Shown here: positions 59,076 through 59,225 of the stretch, in pieces
Numbering within the stretch: the stretch's first letter is position 1
How the letters are laid out: each line of letters starts with the position of its first letter
Assembly: GCF_964213995.1 (NCBI RefSeq)
Contig: NW_027590191.1
Span: forward strand, 744,001-803,225
Origin: Mustelus asterias
Taxonomy: Eukaryota
Direction of reading: 5' to 3'
DNA: 59,225 bases
Made by a program: the position numbers and the translations under genes
Notes under the pieces: model-generated
Told to the model about the DNA's origin: nothing
Databases searched by the model: none
What the model saw: only the letters and a program-made list of their open reading frames with translations

Positions 59076-59225
59076 GGCCTCTGGAGGGTGCGCTCTCCCC
59101 GGGGGGAGGGAGGAAGAGAGGACAGGGAGTGACTGGAGGAGAAGGGGGGGGGGGCGAAGGCGTTTGGACTGTCTCTTTTCCATCTGCAGTGGGGGGGGTG
59201 AAGGCCTTTTCCTAATTCCCCAACC

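Noticed and set aside
57938-59215. 425-aa, 360-aa and 134-aa ORFs
   Set aside because: Artefacts of a stop-free 28-bp minisatellite cycling through frames.

Overview
Vertebrate genomic DNA, almost certainly a shark or other elasmobranch (abundant HE1-type V-SINEs, HER1/CR1 LINEs, Penelope-like terminal repeats). The left part (1-15.5 kb) holds a near-complete CR1 ORF2 and a disrupted T-cell receptor alpha/delta V gene segment on the minus strand with a canonical 23-RSS. Its intron 3' end is occupied by a ~320-bp poly(A)-tailed element with two U2 snRNA-derived heads (candidate U2-headed SINE). Its leader exon is cut off by an ~8-kb composite: a full-length Tx1-clade (Keno-like) LINE that begins with U2 nt 4-33, with a CR1 nested exactly between its two ORFs. 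The rest (16-59 kb) is a cluster of eight KRAB-less C2H2 zinc-finger genes and pseudogenes with shared 5' and 3' modules, CpG-rich promoters carrying a recurrent GGCTGGAGGACC motif, tandem segmental duplications, many nested retroposon fragments, a degenerate retroviral-type integrase and a 28-bp minisatellite. The most unusual signal is the U2-snRNA-linked retroposon pair (autonomous Keno-like LINE plus dimeric U2-headed SINE), with the SINE sitting antisense at a 3' splice site. Repeat boundaries and family names were read by eye and from recalled consensus sequences; no database search was run.
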